Assembly (NCBI GenBank): GCA_903895055.1
Contig: CAITSL010000041.1
Coordinates: 1 to 37,721, forward strand
From: an uncultured bacterium
Lineage (GTDB): Bacteria > Patescibacteriota > Minisyncoccia > Phycocordibacterales > UBA9973
Reading direction: 5' to 3'
Length of the DNA: 37,721 nucleotides
The position numbers were made by a program, and so were the translations under genes. This document shows positions 11,822 to 21,002 of this stretch, in pieces. Position 1 is the stretch's first letter; each line of letters opens with the position of its first letter. The notes under the pieces were generated by a model. That model had not been told where the DNA came from and did no database searches. It saw only the letters and a program-made list of their open reading frames with translations.

Positions 11822-13030
11822 CTAACTAATACCTCCCACCATGCTGTAAATCGGCATCAAAATAGAAACAAGCAAGATTCCCACTCCCAGCCCCAAGAAC
11901 ACAATCATAACCGGTTCAATCATCCCGACTAAGGTATCAATAGCATTGTCCACTTCCCGTTTATAAAAATCTCCCAGAGTTTTCAATATTTGGCCCAAGG
12001 AACCCGTTTCCTCGCCCACTTTCACCATTTGCACCAAAATCCCAGGCATTTGTTCCGGATATTTTCCAAGCGCCCCCGAGAGAGAACTGCCGGCTTTTAC
12101 ATCATCAGCCACTTTTTTGATAATATTTTTATAGCTCAGACTGCCCACCACCTCAGCCGTAATGTCCAAAGAGCGGATGATGGGAATACCGGAAGTAAGC
12201 ATGGTATCCAAATTGTCCGCTATCCGAGAAAGGTATAATTTCTTAAAAAGATCCCCGACTGCAGGGATGGAAAAACGTAATTTATCGAGATAAATCTTGC
12301 CTTTTTCGGTCGCAGACAATCTCCATGCCCAAATTCCTAACAAGATCAAGAAAATGATAACCAAAAATCCATAGTGAATAGAGAAATCGGAAATAGCGAT
12401 CACGATCTTCGTATAGACAGGTACTTCTTGCCCGGTTTGAAGAATGATACCGGAAATCTTCGGAATCACGATCACGAACATGAGGGCCATGACCACAAAA
12501 AAGGTGACAATAATGAAGATCGGATAAATAAGCGCATTTCTCGTTTTGGAAGTTAGAGAATATTGACGGTCCAGATAATCGGCCAAGTAAGCAAAGGTTT
12601 GGGTGAGTTTGCCCGTCTCTTCTCCTGACTTGACCATATTGATATAAAAATTGGAAAAAACATCGGGGTGCTTGGCCAAGGCGCCGGAAATGGAAAGCCC
12701 TGCTTCCAGATCATCACTGATTTGATTTAACTTCTTGCCTAAAAGTTTATTATCGACATTGGAGGAAAGCATGGTAAATATTTTGAGAGCCGGCACTTGC
12801 GCCTCGAATAAGGTCGATAACTGACGAGAAAGAATCACCACGTCTTTCATTTTTACTTTTTCAAAAAAAGAAATTTGCAAGAAAGATTTTTTCTCTTCCG
12901 CGTCTATGATAGAGATAATAATCAATCCTCGATGTTGCAATCCACTGATCGCCATATCACGGCTGGCCGCGTCGATTTCTCCTTCTTTCCCTATTCCTTT
13001 TTCATCTACCGCTTTGTATTTAAATAACAT
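11822..13030 (-). CDS. pilC: Type IV pilus platform protein (GspF/PilC family)
   Basis: 402 aa with duplicated GspF-type domains and three TM segments, sitting between pilT and pilA. Confidence 0.9.
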   Translation of the reverse strand: MLFKYKAVDEKGIGKEGEIDAASRDMAISGLQHRGLIIISIIDAEEKKSFLQISFFEKVKMKDVVILSRQLSTLFEAQVPALKIFTMLSSNVDNKLLGKKLNQISDDLEAGLSISGALAKHPDVFSNFYINMVKSGEETGKLTQTFAYLADYLDRQYSLTSKTRNALIYPIFIIVTFFVVMALMFVIVIPKISGIILQTGQEVPVYTKIVIAISDFSIHYGFLVIIFLILLGIWAWRLSATEKGKIYLDKLRFSIPAVGDLFKKLYLSRIADNLDTMLTSGIPIIRSLDITAEVVGSLSYKNIIKKVADDVKAGSSLSGALGKYPEQMPGILVQMVKVGEETGSLGQILKTLGDFYKREVDNAIDTLVGMIEPVMIVFLGLGVGILLVSILMPIYSMVGGIS

Positions 13031-13106
13031 CCCGATACTAAAATTTTAATTAATAATCTTTATCTTTATGCCCCGTAATCAAAAATTTAGTACGGGACAA
13101 GTAAAA

Positions 13107-14168
13107 TTAAATCATTCTTTCCAGTCCTTTCGGATTGAGTGAATATTGATAAGCGGACTCGATTGAAATTTCCCCCGCCCGCACGAGCTCAAGTAGAGAG
13201 TGATTCAAGTCAATCATGCCCAATTCCATGCCTGTTTCTATCACTACATCTATCTCCTGAGTGCGTTTATCACGGATTAAATTTGAAACTGCGTTATTAT
13301 TTATCAGAAGTTCATAAGCCGGGATAAGTCCGCCGGTTATCCTAGGAATAAGTCTTTGGGAAAAGATGCCCAATAGACTGGCTGCGAGTTGAATGCGGAT
13401 TTGATCTTGCTGGTCTCCGGGGAAAGAATCGATAATCCTGTCTATGGTTTGAGCAGCATTGTTGGTATGCAGAGTTGAAAGCACCAGGTGTCCGGTCTCG
13501 GCCGCGGAAACAGCCGTGGAAATCGTTTCCGGATTGCGCATTTCGCCAATCAAGATAACATTCGCATCTTCGCGGAATGAGGATTTAAGAGCAACGTGAA
13601 AATCTTTCGTATCAATGCCAACTTCTCGTTGATTGATGATTGATTTGTTGGGCGTATAAATATGTTCAATCGGGTCTTCAATGGTGATGATATGGCGAGC
13701 TTGTTCGTTGTTAATTAAGTTGACCATCGCGGACAAGGTCGAGGATTTGCCCTGTCCTACCGGACCCACTACCAAGAAAAAACCCTGTTTCTTTCTGGAA
13801 AAATCCGCCAATATTTTCGGTAAATGCAACTCTTCCAAAGTTTTAACTTTTGGGATTAATCTAAAAGCAACGTTTATAAAACCTTTCTGAAAAAAGGCAT
13901 TGCCCCGCAGGCGCGCTTCCCCACGAAAATCATAAGAAAAATCTATTTCTTCTGTTTCCATAAATTCATCAAAACGTTTCTTACCTAAGATTTCCATTAA
14001 GATGGCAATCATATCCTCTTTGGATAAAATATTGTGTTTGGAGAGAAATATTAACTCGCCGGAAACCCGAATAGCCGGGACTCTGCCTCCACCCAAATGC
14101 AAATCCGATCCGCCTTCACGGATCACAGTTAAGATAAGCTCTTCAATTTCTTTTTTAGAATCAATCAT
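13107..14168 (-). CDS. pilT: Type IV pilus retraction ATPase PilT
   Basis: 353 aa. Walker A GPVGQGKSST, Asp/His boxes (ITIEDPIE, GHLVLSTLHTNNA) and a PilT-type AVSNLIRDKRTQ motif (AIRNLIRE-like). Confidence 0.9.
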   Translation of the reverse strand: MIDSKKEIEELILTVIREGGSDLHLGGGRVPAIRVSGELIFLSKHNILSKEDMIAILMEILGKKRFDEFMETEEIDFSYDFRGEARLRGNAFFQKGFINVAFRLIPKVKTLEELHLPKILADFSRKKQGFFLVVGPVGQGKSSTLSAMVNLINNEQARHIITIEDPIEHIYTPNKSIINQREVGIDTKDFHVALKSSFREDANVILIGEMRNPETISTAVSAAETGHLVLSTLHTNNAAQTIDRIIDSFPGDQQDQIRIQLAASLLGIFSQRLIPRITGGLIPAYELLINNNAVSNLIRDKRTQEIDVVIETGMELGMIDLNHSLLELVRAGEISIESAYQYSLNPKGLERMI

Positions 14169-14570
14169 TTAATTATTTTTAATTGAAATTTTGTCCGATA
14201 ATATTTTCAATACCTTCTCAATCACTTCCACCGGAGTGGAATTTACTTTAATGATATAGCCTGAAGCTCCAAGCTCTGTCCCTCGATCGATGTCTTCTTG
14301 TTGGCCTTTATTGGAAAGAATTATTTTAGCGGAATCAGGAGACAACTTTTCGGTATTGATTCTTTCGAACATCTCGAAACCATCCATGCCCGGCATAATG
14401 ATATCCATCAAAATAATGCTGGGATTCAATCCTTCTTTTAACTTTTTGATGGCCTCTGCCCCGCCGAGCGCAGTGTACACTTCAAAATTATTTTGGCTAA
14501 ACTTAAAAGCATACATATCCAAAAGAAAACCATCGTCGTCCACTATTAAAATTTTCTTTTTTTCTGCCAT
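14169..14570 (-). CDS. Single-domain response regulator (CheY-like receiver)
   Basis: 133 aa. Acidic pocket VDDD, phospho-acceptor LMDIIMPGMDG, conserved S (ILSN) and K (IIKV). Its stop codon directly abuts the pilT ATG. Confidence 0.85.
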   Translation of the reverse strand: MAEKKKILIVDDDGFLLDMYAFKFSQNNFEVYTALGGAEAIKKLKEGLNPSIILMDIIMPGMDGFEMFERINTEKLSPDSAKIILSNKGQQEDIDRGTELGASGYIIKVNSTPVEVIEKVLKILSDKISIKNN

Positions 14571-14585
14571 AAAATGATTATACCA

Positions 14586-16322
14586 CTAATCCGCTTCGGT
14601 TGTAAAATTATATACTTCTCGGTAAGGGATAACGCCATTGATCGCTTTCAACATGGCATCTTCTTCCATCGTAAGCATACCATTTTTCCGAGCTTCTGTG
14701 AAAAGCGCAGACCGAGTAGGATTTTTCAGAATTATCTCTTGCATTTTTTTATCTATTTTAAACATTTCAAAGATAGCAATACGCCCACGAGTACCGGTCG
14801 GACATTCCGACACCGGAACAGTGTCATACATTTCCGGTTTTATTTCAATTTCTTTTTTATATTCTTCCGGTAAATCTTTTAATTCATTTTCGATTTGCAA
14901 TTTGATACTCGGGTCCATTGGCACCAGTTTTCTGGAAGCTGGCCAAGTAAGCTTGGCTAATCGTTGCGCCACCGAAAGAATCAAGGTCGGGGAAATCAAG
15001 TACGGGTCGACGCCCATATCGATCAGTCTTGGAATAGCGCCGATCGCATCGTTGGTATGCAGAGTTGAAAGAACCAAATGCCCAGTCAGAGCGGCTTGAA
15101 TTGCCAATTGGGCAGTCTCTTTATCCCGAATTTCTCCAACCATGATGATATCCGGGTCCTGACGCAGAATGGAACGCAACCCCGAAGCAAAGGTGTATCC
15201 TATTTCCGGTTTCATTTGAGATTGGTTAATGTCCGGCATATGGTATTCTACCGGATCCTCCAGGGAAACAATATTACTTTTTTCTTTATCCAGTTCATTC
15301 ATAATTGAATACAAACTAGTGGATTTTCCGGAGCCGGTCGGACCGGTGATTAAAATAAGCCCATATGGTTTTTTAATTGCTTCTCTGACTAATTCCAGAT
15401 TTCTTTTAGAAAGCCCCAACTCTTCAAGCGGTTTAACGCCTTTCTCCGAATCAAGCACTCGCATTACAACTTTTTCCCCATAGTAGGCCGGCATAGTGGA
15501 TACTCGAAAATCTATTTTTCTTCCGTCAATGGTTGCGCTAAAAGATCCGTCTTGCGGTTTACGTTTTTCATCCAAACGTAATTTAGCCAGAATCTTGATG
15601 CGAGCCACCACTCCATTGTAAACATTTAACGGCAAAACAATGGTGGTATAAAGAGATCCATCCACCCGATAGCGGACTTTTATTTTTTCTCCGGTATGTT
15701 CGATATGAATATCCGAAGCATTCCCTTCAATCGCATTCCGGAGAATCACGGCGACAATTTTTATGACCGGAGCTTCTTCCACAATTTTTTCTTCTTCTCC
15801 CTTTTTTACATTTTTATTTACGGCATCCAACACCTCTTTTGATTCTATCTCTTCATCATTATTAAAATCATCCAGTGCTTCCTCCACTTGAATTCCTAGC
15901 CCTTTATATCCTTCAAGCACATTTTCATAATCTTTTTTGGAAATAAGGAAAATTTTAAAAGGAATGCCTAATTTCACAGAAATAAACTGGAGCGCATCCA
16001 TCGCCTTGATATTCTCGGGGTCGATTACTCCTACTTCGAGTACTCCCTCGCTTAAATTGAAAGGGACAAATTTATAATGCCTGGCGGAATCTTCCGGAAT
16101 ATATCGGAGGACATCAAAAGATATCCCTTTGGCGTCAACTTTTTTAGTGGGCATATTAAAATACTCTCCTTTGGCATCAAGAATTTCTTCTTCGGTTATC
16201 CCCATATCAAAAAGAGCCCCGTCGACGTCGTCTTCGTGACGTTCTTTGGCACGATTTTTGATATCCCCTATTTGACTTTCGTTAATCGTTCCTCTTTTTA
16301 CTAATTCTTCTAAAAAACTCAT
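14586..16322 (-). CDS. pilB: Type IV pilus assembly ATPase (GspE/PilB family)
   Basis: 578 aa. N-terminal GSPII_E_N-like domain, Walker A GPTGSGKSTS, GHLVLSTLHTNDA. Confidence 0.9.
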   Translation of the reverse strand: MSFLEELVKRGTINESQIGDIKNRAKERHEDDVDGALFDMGITEEEILDAKGEYFNMPTKKVDAKGISFDVLRYIPEDSARHYKFVPFNLSEGVLEVGVIDPENIKAMDALQFISVKLGIPFKIFLISKKDYENVLEGYKGLGIQVEEALDDFNNDEEIESKEVLDAVNKNVKKGEEEKIVEEAPVIKIVAVILRNAIEGNASDIHIEHTGEKIKVRYRVDGSLYTTIVLPLNVYNGVVARIKILAKLRLDEKRKPQDGSFSATIDGRKIDFRVSTMPAYYGEKVVMRVLDSEKGVKPLEELGLSKRNLELVREAIKKPYGLILITGPTGSGKSTSLYSIMNELDKEKSNIVSLEDPVEYHMPDINQSQMKPEIGYTFASGLRSILRQDPDIIMVGEIRDKETAQLAIQAALTGHLVLSTLHTNDAIGAIPRLIDMGVDPYLISPTLILSVAQRLAKLTWPASRKLVPMDPSIKLQIENELKDLPEEYKKEIEIKPEMYDTVPVSECPTGTRGRIAIFEMFKIDKKMQEIILKNPTRSALFTEARKNGMLTMEEDAMLKAINGVIPYREVYNFTTEAD

Positions 16323-16329
16323 AATTAAT

Positions 16330-16746
16330 TTAATGTGTTACGGGTGGAATTGTGGGTGGAATTGTGGGTGGAGTTGTGGGTGGAGTTGTGGGTGGAATTG
16401 TAATAGATGGCGTAATTTCAGTTCCAATCGGAGCAAAAGGATTGGGTCTGCCTTCAGTGCCATCTTGAATAAGAGTGATACTTGAATCTTGCAAAGAAAG
16501 AAAGGCCGGATCTTTAAAAATAGAGTCATCCAATTTAAGATTTTTGACACTCAAAAGGATTGAGACAAATTCATCGTTGGTATTTGGTGTTCCGTTTCCG
16601 GAAGTAGCATCTGGGGTAAGAGATGCTCCAGTTGAAGAAGTGAGTGACGCCGCTACCGGACCTTTTTTAATGAAAAAAATATAAATTAAGATCAAAACTA
16701 TCGCTACCACAACCAAGATTATTATGTTTTTTATTTTTGAATTCAT
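16330..16746 (-). CDS. Membrane-anchored protein with C-terminal Pro-Thr repeat (occupies the PilP position)
   Basis: 138 aa. N-terminal TM IIILVVVAIVLILIYIFFI and C-terminus TTPPTTPPTIPPTIPP. Sits between the pilO-like gene and pilB. Confidence 0.6.
   Translation of the reverse strand: MNSKIKNIIILVVVAIVLILIYIFFIKKGPVAASLTSSTGASLTPDATSGNGTPNTNDEFVSILLSVKNLKLDDSIFKDPAFLSLQDSSITLIQDGTEGRPNPFAPIGTEITPSITIPPTTPPTTPPTIPPTIPPVTH
16342..16401. repeat. Five tandem 12-bp units (GGGTGGAATTGT / GGGTGGAGTTGT)
   Basis: Direct reading gives units at 16342, 16354, 16366, 16378 and 16390. They encode the (T/I)PPT repeat on the minus strand. Confidence 0.9.
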
Positions 16747-16747
16747 A

Positions 16748-17359
16748 TTAATTTTTCAGCCAATAGGTTTTAATTTTAAAATCATATTTATACGAATCGG
16801 ATGGTTTGGATTTTCCAAGGACTACTGTTGTAACATCGGATGAAAAATTAACCGAAGAGATGTCTACTAATCGGAGGTTACTTTCTAGGTCTTTTACCAA
16901 AGAAATAAAATTGGAATAAGTTCCTTCGGTCGAAAATTCAAGATTCCAGGTTCCATATTCTTGATTGTTTAGAGCCGTCTTTTGATTTGTTGCCCCAGGG
17001 CTAGCTACTGTCCCGGCACCAACAGCGGCTTCTGTATCGGAAGAATCGTATTTGACATTTTCCAACACCATTCCGTAAGGTGAAGCTAATTTTTCAATTT
17101 CTAAAATGAGACGGATATTGTTCACACTGCCCGGCAAAAGTGTTTGTAATTTAGTTAAATTATTCGGATCAATGGCATTATATTTTTGCGTTAGTTTGTC
17201 GCGCTCCGCTTGAAGAGTATTGGCATTTCCCAATGCTTGATTATAGGAAGCGATTTGATTTTTGATATTCGAAATATCCCCCAAGATCGGATTGGTAAAC
17301 ATCATAAATAAAGTAACTCCGACTCCTATTAAAATTATGGGTGTAATATATCTAAACAT
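16748..17359 (-). CDS. PilO-like pilus alignment protein
   Basis: 203 aa with a single N-terminal TM followed by a coiled segment. Assigned from its position after the pilM and pilN-like genes; topology only. Confidence 0.5.
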   Translation of the reverse strand: MFRYITPIILIGVGVTLFMMFTNPILGDISNIKNQIASYNQALGNANTLQAERDKLTQKYNAIDPNNLTKLQTLLPGSVNNIRLILEIEKLASPYGMVLENVKYDSSDTEAAVGAGTVASPGATNQKTALNNQEYGTWNLEFSTEGTYSNFISLVKDLESNLRLVDISSVNFSSDVTTVVLGKSKPSDSYKYDFKIKTYWLKN

Positions 17360-17364
17360 AATAA

Positions 17365-17964
17365 TTAAGAAGCATTATCGCTTCTGGTTTTTAACGCCTC
17401 TTTGTAATTTACAAAATTTTTATCAACCGAAAACTCCAAATCAAAAAGTACATTCCCTTGATTATCTAGGGTAAGATTGGAAAAATTTGGGTCAATTAAA
17501 TTTTTATTCTTAGAGAATAAATCAGCCTGAAGCGCGATAGAGCGATATCCCACTGCCTGCCCGCTCATTTTTACCAATATGCCATTGTCCGATAAATCAT
17601 AGCTAAATTTGGTATAACGAATGGTTTTCAAGGTAAGAGCCTCTAGCGCTTCAAAAATCGGCGAAATGGCAATATGACTCGACAAAATTTCATTTGAGGA
17701 GTTTAGTCTTTTATCTAAAATTTGTAGTTTGCTGATCTCCGTAGGTTCAAAGCTATTCTTCGCTAAATTGAGATCCTTTTCCATTTTAGTCACATTCCCT
17801 GTCAAAACTCCTTTATAAAAATAGGCTCCCGCCGCACCTAAAACCATTGAGAAAAATACAATAATAGCAATAATCAAAAACAGACCAACCGAGCGTTTGC
17901 CCGGGGTTGTTTGTTCAACCATCGGCTTTTTGGGTATAAATGATGTTTGAAAATTTTGTTCCAT
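17365..17964 (-). CDS. PilN-like pilus alignment protein
   Basis: 199 aa. Short cytoplasmic N-terminus, one TM (LFLIIAIIVFFSMVLGAAGAYF), immediately downstream of pilM. Confidence 0.5.
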   Translation of the reverse strand: MEQNFQTSFIPKKPMVEQTTPGKRSVGLFLIIAIIVFFSMVLGAAGAYFYKGVLTGNVTKMEKDLNLAKNSFEPTEISKLQILDKRLNSSNEILSSHIAISPIFEALEALTLKTIRYTKFSYDLSDNGILVKMSGQAVGYRSIALQADLFSKNKNLIDPNFSNLTLDNQGNVLFDLEFSVDKNFVNYKEALKTRSDNAS

Positions 17965-17982
17965 TTCCTTTATTGTATTATC

Positions 17983-19110
17983 TCATTGTAATTTTCTCAA
18001 AGCAAGCCCCAGGGCAACCGAAAACTCAGGACCAGTCGCTTCTAACACTTTATCCAAGAATGCCGGCGCCCCAACTTTCGAGAAAGGATGTCCTACTTCT
18101 ACTTCGGCTTTAAAATTGTTTTCGGCCACTTCTTTCAAACCTTTTAGAAGGCATCCGCCGCCAGTCAGGATTACTTTGCTGATAGTCCGATTATATTTCT
18201 TCTCAAACCCTAATAATACATTATTTGTTTCGGAAAAGATATAGTCCGTGTGAATTTTTATGATGTCCGCTAAACTTTTTTCATTTGGATTGCCGTATAA
18301 GCCGTATTCTTTTTTCATTTTTTCCGCATCTCCAAATGAAATACCAAATGATTTTGAAATGGAATCGGTAATATCCGCCGCCCCACGACCGACAATGTGA
18401 AAAGACTTCACAGTGCCAAATTCAACAATCGATAATTTGGTACGTGAAGCCCCAAAATCCATTAAAAGCACCAAGGATAACTCATGTTCAAAATTTGAAC
18501 GAATGGACGAAAAAATTTCAATTTCAAAAAATGGAACATCCAATTTGCATTCATCGACAATTGATCGATATTTGGAAATAGCATCATTTTGAATTGCCAC
18601 TACCAATACTTCGGTCTTTTCTGCCTCTTTAGGAGAAGTTCCTTCACTGTTTGCTTCTAAAAAAGAAGTTTCTTTCTTCGGTAACAGTGACCAATCAAGA
18701 GAAACCTCATTGATGGGCACTGGAATATATTTTCTCGCTTCAGTGGTGATGATTGAAGGCATTTCACTTTCTTTTACATTCGGTGGCAATTCGATAGTAA
18801 AAATCAAACTTGATTGGACGGGGATAGCCAACGCTCCAGCGCTAGTGGTCGCACCAGATTGTTTCAATGTTTCATTCAGAGCTTCGATGGTTTTTTCAAC
18901 CGGAAGATTGGTCACCTTGCCAATATCAAGTTCGGCATAAGGGCCGAGTCCGATCATTCCATAAGTCGAGAGCATTGCCTTGCCTTCCTTTTTTTTGATT
19001 TCAACTATTTTAATCGAAGAAGAGCCAATGTCTATACCCAAGACACCGTTGCTCGCGTGGTTATTAAAAAAGCTAATACCTGAAAAAAGATTTTTAAAAG
19101 GATTATCCAT
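17983..19110 (-). CDS. pilM: Type IV pilus assembly protein PilM (actin-like ATPase fold)
   Basis: 375 aa. LGIDIGSSSIKIVEIKK phosphate-1 motif, MDFGASRTKLSIV, TGGGCLLKGL. Confidence 0.85.
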   Translation of the reverse strand: MDNPFKNLFSGISFFNNHASNGVLGIDIGSSSIKIVEIKKKEGKAMLSTYGMIGLGPYAELDIGKVTNLPVEKTIEALNETLKQSGATTSAGALAIPVQSSLIFTIELPPNVKESEMPSIITTEARKYIPVPINEVSLDWSLLPKKETSFLEANSEGTSPKEAEKTEVLVVAIQNDAISKYRSIVDECKLDVPFFEIEIFSSIRSNFEHELSLVLLMDFGASRTKLSIVEFGTVKSFHIVGRGAADITDSISKSFGISFGDAEKMKKEYGLYGNPNEKSLADIIKIHTDYIFSETNNVLLGFEKKYNRTISKVILTGGGCLLKGLKEVAENNFKAEVEVGHPFSKVGAPAFLDKVLEATGPEFSVALGLALRKLQ

Positions 19111-19113
19111 TTG

Positions 19114-19122
19114 TGTTAATAT
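19114..19122 (+). promoter_or_regulatory. Extended -10 promoter (TGtTAATAT), 8 nt before comFC ATG 19131
   Basis: Plus strand reads TGT TAATAT TATAGCAT ATG. Confidence 0.45.
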
Positions 19123-19129
19123 TATAGCA
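19121..19129 (-). promoter_or_regulatory. Extended -10 promoter (TGcTATAAT), 10 nt before pilM ATG 19110
   Basis: Minus strand reads TGC TATAAT ATTAACACAA ATG. It overlaps the comFC -10 box on the opposite strand. Confidence 0.5.
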
Positions 19130-19130
19130 T

Positions 19131-19784
19131 ATGAAAGACTTTTTAGACACTATCTTAAACATCGTTTTCCCTGTGAATTGCATTTCCTGTAAAGAAAAGG
19201 GCTCTCTTTTGTGTATTAAGTGTCTTGCCTCCTCGCCGGAAGCAGAAAGAGAAAGCGCTCTTTGGATTTTTCCTTTATTTGATTATCGTCATCCTCCTCT
19301 CAAAAAAGCTATCTGGCTTCTAAAATATAAAGGGAAACGCAAGTTAGCGGATATTTTTGCCGAAGTAATGTACGCGAGAATCTTGGAAGAATTGGCTGAT
19401 CTATCAATGATGGAAAATTTTCGAGAACCAGTTTTGATTCCGATCCCGCTCGCGCCCAAACGTTATCGAGAAAGAGGGTTCAATCAAGCGACCCTCCTTT
19501 GCAAGGCTTTGATGGAATTAGACAAAAATGAGAATTTCAAATTGGAAAAAAATATTCTAATTAAACCCAAAGACACCGAACACCAAGCACGAATCGAAGA
19601 TCGGAGTAAAAGATTGAAAAATATTATTGGTTCTTTTCTCGTAAAAAATCCGCAAACTATCAAAGACAAAAATATAATTTTGATAGATGATGTCACCACT
19701 ACCGGCGCGACTTTGGCGGAAGCCAAAAAAACTCTTAAATCAGCCGGAGCCAGAAAAGTAATCGCTTTCACCGTGGCGCATTAA
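19131..19784 (+). CDS. comFC: ComF family protein (phosphoribosyltransferase-like, competence associated)
   Basis: 217 aa. N-terminal zinc-finger Cys pairs CISCKEKGSLLCIKC and PRTase motif IILIDDVTTTGATL. Confidence 0.85.
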   Translation: MKDFLDTILNIVFPVNCISCKEKGSLLCIKCLASSPEAERESALWIFPLFDYRHPPLKKAIWLLKYKGKRKLADIFAEVMYARILEELADLSMMENFREPVLIPIPLAPKRYRERGFNQATLLCKALMELDKNENFKLEKNILIKPKDTEHQARIEDRSKRLKNIIGSFLVKNPQTIKDKNIILIDDVTTTGATLAEAKKTLKSAGARKVIAFTVAH

Positions 19785-19802
19785 ATTAAAATTTAATTTT
19801 TC

Positions 19803-19811
19803 TGTTATAAT
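19803..19811 (+). promoter_or_regulatory. Extended -10 promoter (TGtTATAAT), 6 nt before ATG 19818
   Basis: Plus strand reads TGT TATAAT AAAACT ATG. Confidence 0.55.
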
Positions 19812-19817
19812 AAAACT

Positions 19818-21002
19818 ATGAAACATTGCAAAGATTGCGAGCCGGCGCAGGAAATACATTTTATCGCTTATCTGTCGGTTGTTTTGGAAATGGTGAGCGA
19901 TCCATTTTTCAATCTGGCTGAATTATTTTTCAAAAACACTGCCGAGGCAATTTCTAATCGGATTTCCTTTCCTTTTTATCGTTTGATGGTATTTCTACGA
20001 CTCGGACACTATACTTATAAACCTGACGAAAAAGACAGCTGGCGTTCAAAGTGTTTTTGGATTGAAGCAGAAAGGCGTGGCATTAAAATGTACGAATTTC
20101 ATCTGGGACCGATTCGAGATATCTTTATCGCCGAATACAAGGGGGAAAAAATAACTTTTGACGGCTTGCCCCGTCCAGGAAAAGAAGAAGCTGAATCTCT
20201 CGGCTGGATGGATAATAAGGGCATTATGAAAGAGAAATTTATGAAAGAAAGGATACCGGTCGCGCGCGGTGGCACTGCTTGGACTTATCGGGACGCTTTA
20301 AAAATATTTAATAAAATTGAGAAACCGGTAATCACTAAACCGAATTTGGGTTCGCGTTCGAGACACACAATGATTCATTTAAATACGCCTGAAGATTTAA
20401 AAATTGGATTTTATAAAGCGCTCAAACTTTCTCCTTTAGTGGTTATTGAAGAAGAGCTCCGTGGCTACCTCTTCCGAGGAACCTTAATCGGTGGAAAATT
20501 GGCGGGAGTAGTCAGACGCGATCAGCCAGAAATAACCGGCGATGGCACACATACTGTCCAAGAACTCCTGGATAAAGAAAATGAGCGCCCAGAACGAGGA
20601 GGCCCGATTTTTCATAAAATACCAATCGATAAAGAAGCTCTAGTAGAACTTGCTCGACAAAAAATTAAATTAGAAGATATTCCCAAAAAAGGCAGAGTTG
20701 TGACTTTTTCTCAAAAGACTTCTCGTGGTTGCGGAGGCACCACGACTGAAGTCACAGATATCACCCACCCAGACAACGTCGCCATGCTCGAACACGTCGG
20801 CGCATATTTGAAAGACCCGCTGGTGGGGGTGGATTTTATTATTGAAGATATAACAAAATCGTGGCGTGAAGAACAGCATTGTGGAGTAATCGAGTGCAAT
20901 TCCCTACCCTTTATCGACCTTCATCACTATGTCCTTTTCGGAAAGCCCAACAACGTCGCCGGCAAACTCTGGGACCTCGTAATGCCAGAAACTAAAATGT
21001 AA
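19818..21002 (+). CDS. Stand-alone ATP-grasp enzyme related to the ATP-grasp (N-terminal) half of cyanophycin synthetase
   Basis: 394 aa. ITKPNLGSRSRH..., VVIEEELRGYLFRGTLIGGKLAGVVRRDQPEITGDGTHTVQELLDKENERPERGG..., SRGCGGTTTEVTDITHPDN and VGVDFIIEDI match CphA-type ATP-grasp signatures recalled from memory. Confidence 0.7.
   Translation: MKHCKDCEPAQEIHFIAYLSVVLEMVSDPFFNLAELFFKNTAEAISNRISFPFYRLMVFLRLGHYTYKPDEKDSWRSKCFWIEAERRGIKMYEFHLGPIRDIFIAEYKGEKITFDGLPRPGKEEAESLGWMDNKGIMKEKFMKERIPVARGGTAWTYRDALKIFNKIEKPVITKPNLGSRSRHTMIHLNTPEDLKIGFYKALKLSPLVVIEEELRGYLFRGTLIGGKLAGVVRRDQPEITGDGTHTVQELLDKENERPERGGPIFHKIPIDKEALVELARQKIKLEDIPKKGRVVTFSQKTSRGCGGTTTEVTDITHPDNVAMLEHVGAYLKDPLVGVDFIIEDITKSWREEQHCGVIECNSLPFIDLHHYVLFGKPNNVAGKLWDLVMPETKM

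Noticed and set aside
13062-13096. Stem-loop CCCGTA...TACGGG between pilT and pilC, considered as an attenuator.
   Set aside because: The stem is only 6-7 bp with a long AT loop and no U-tract, which is not enough to call a regulatory element.
16342-16401. CRISPR-like array.
   Set aside because: The 12-bp units are contiguous with no spacers and lie in a coding region, so this is a simple tandem repeat. No CRISPR array was seen anywhere in the window.
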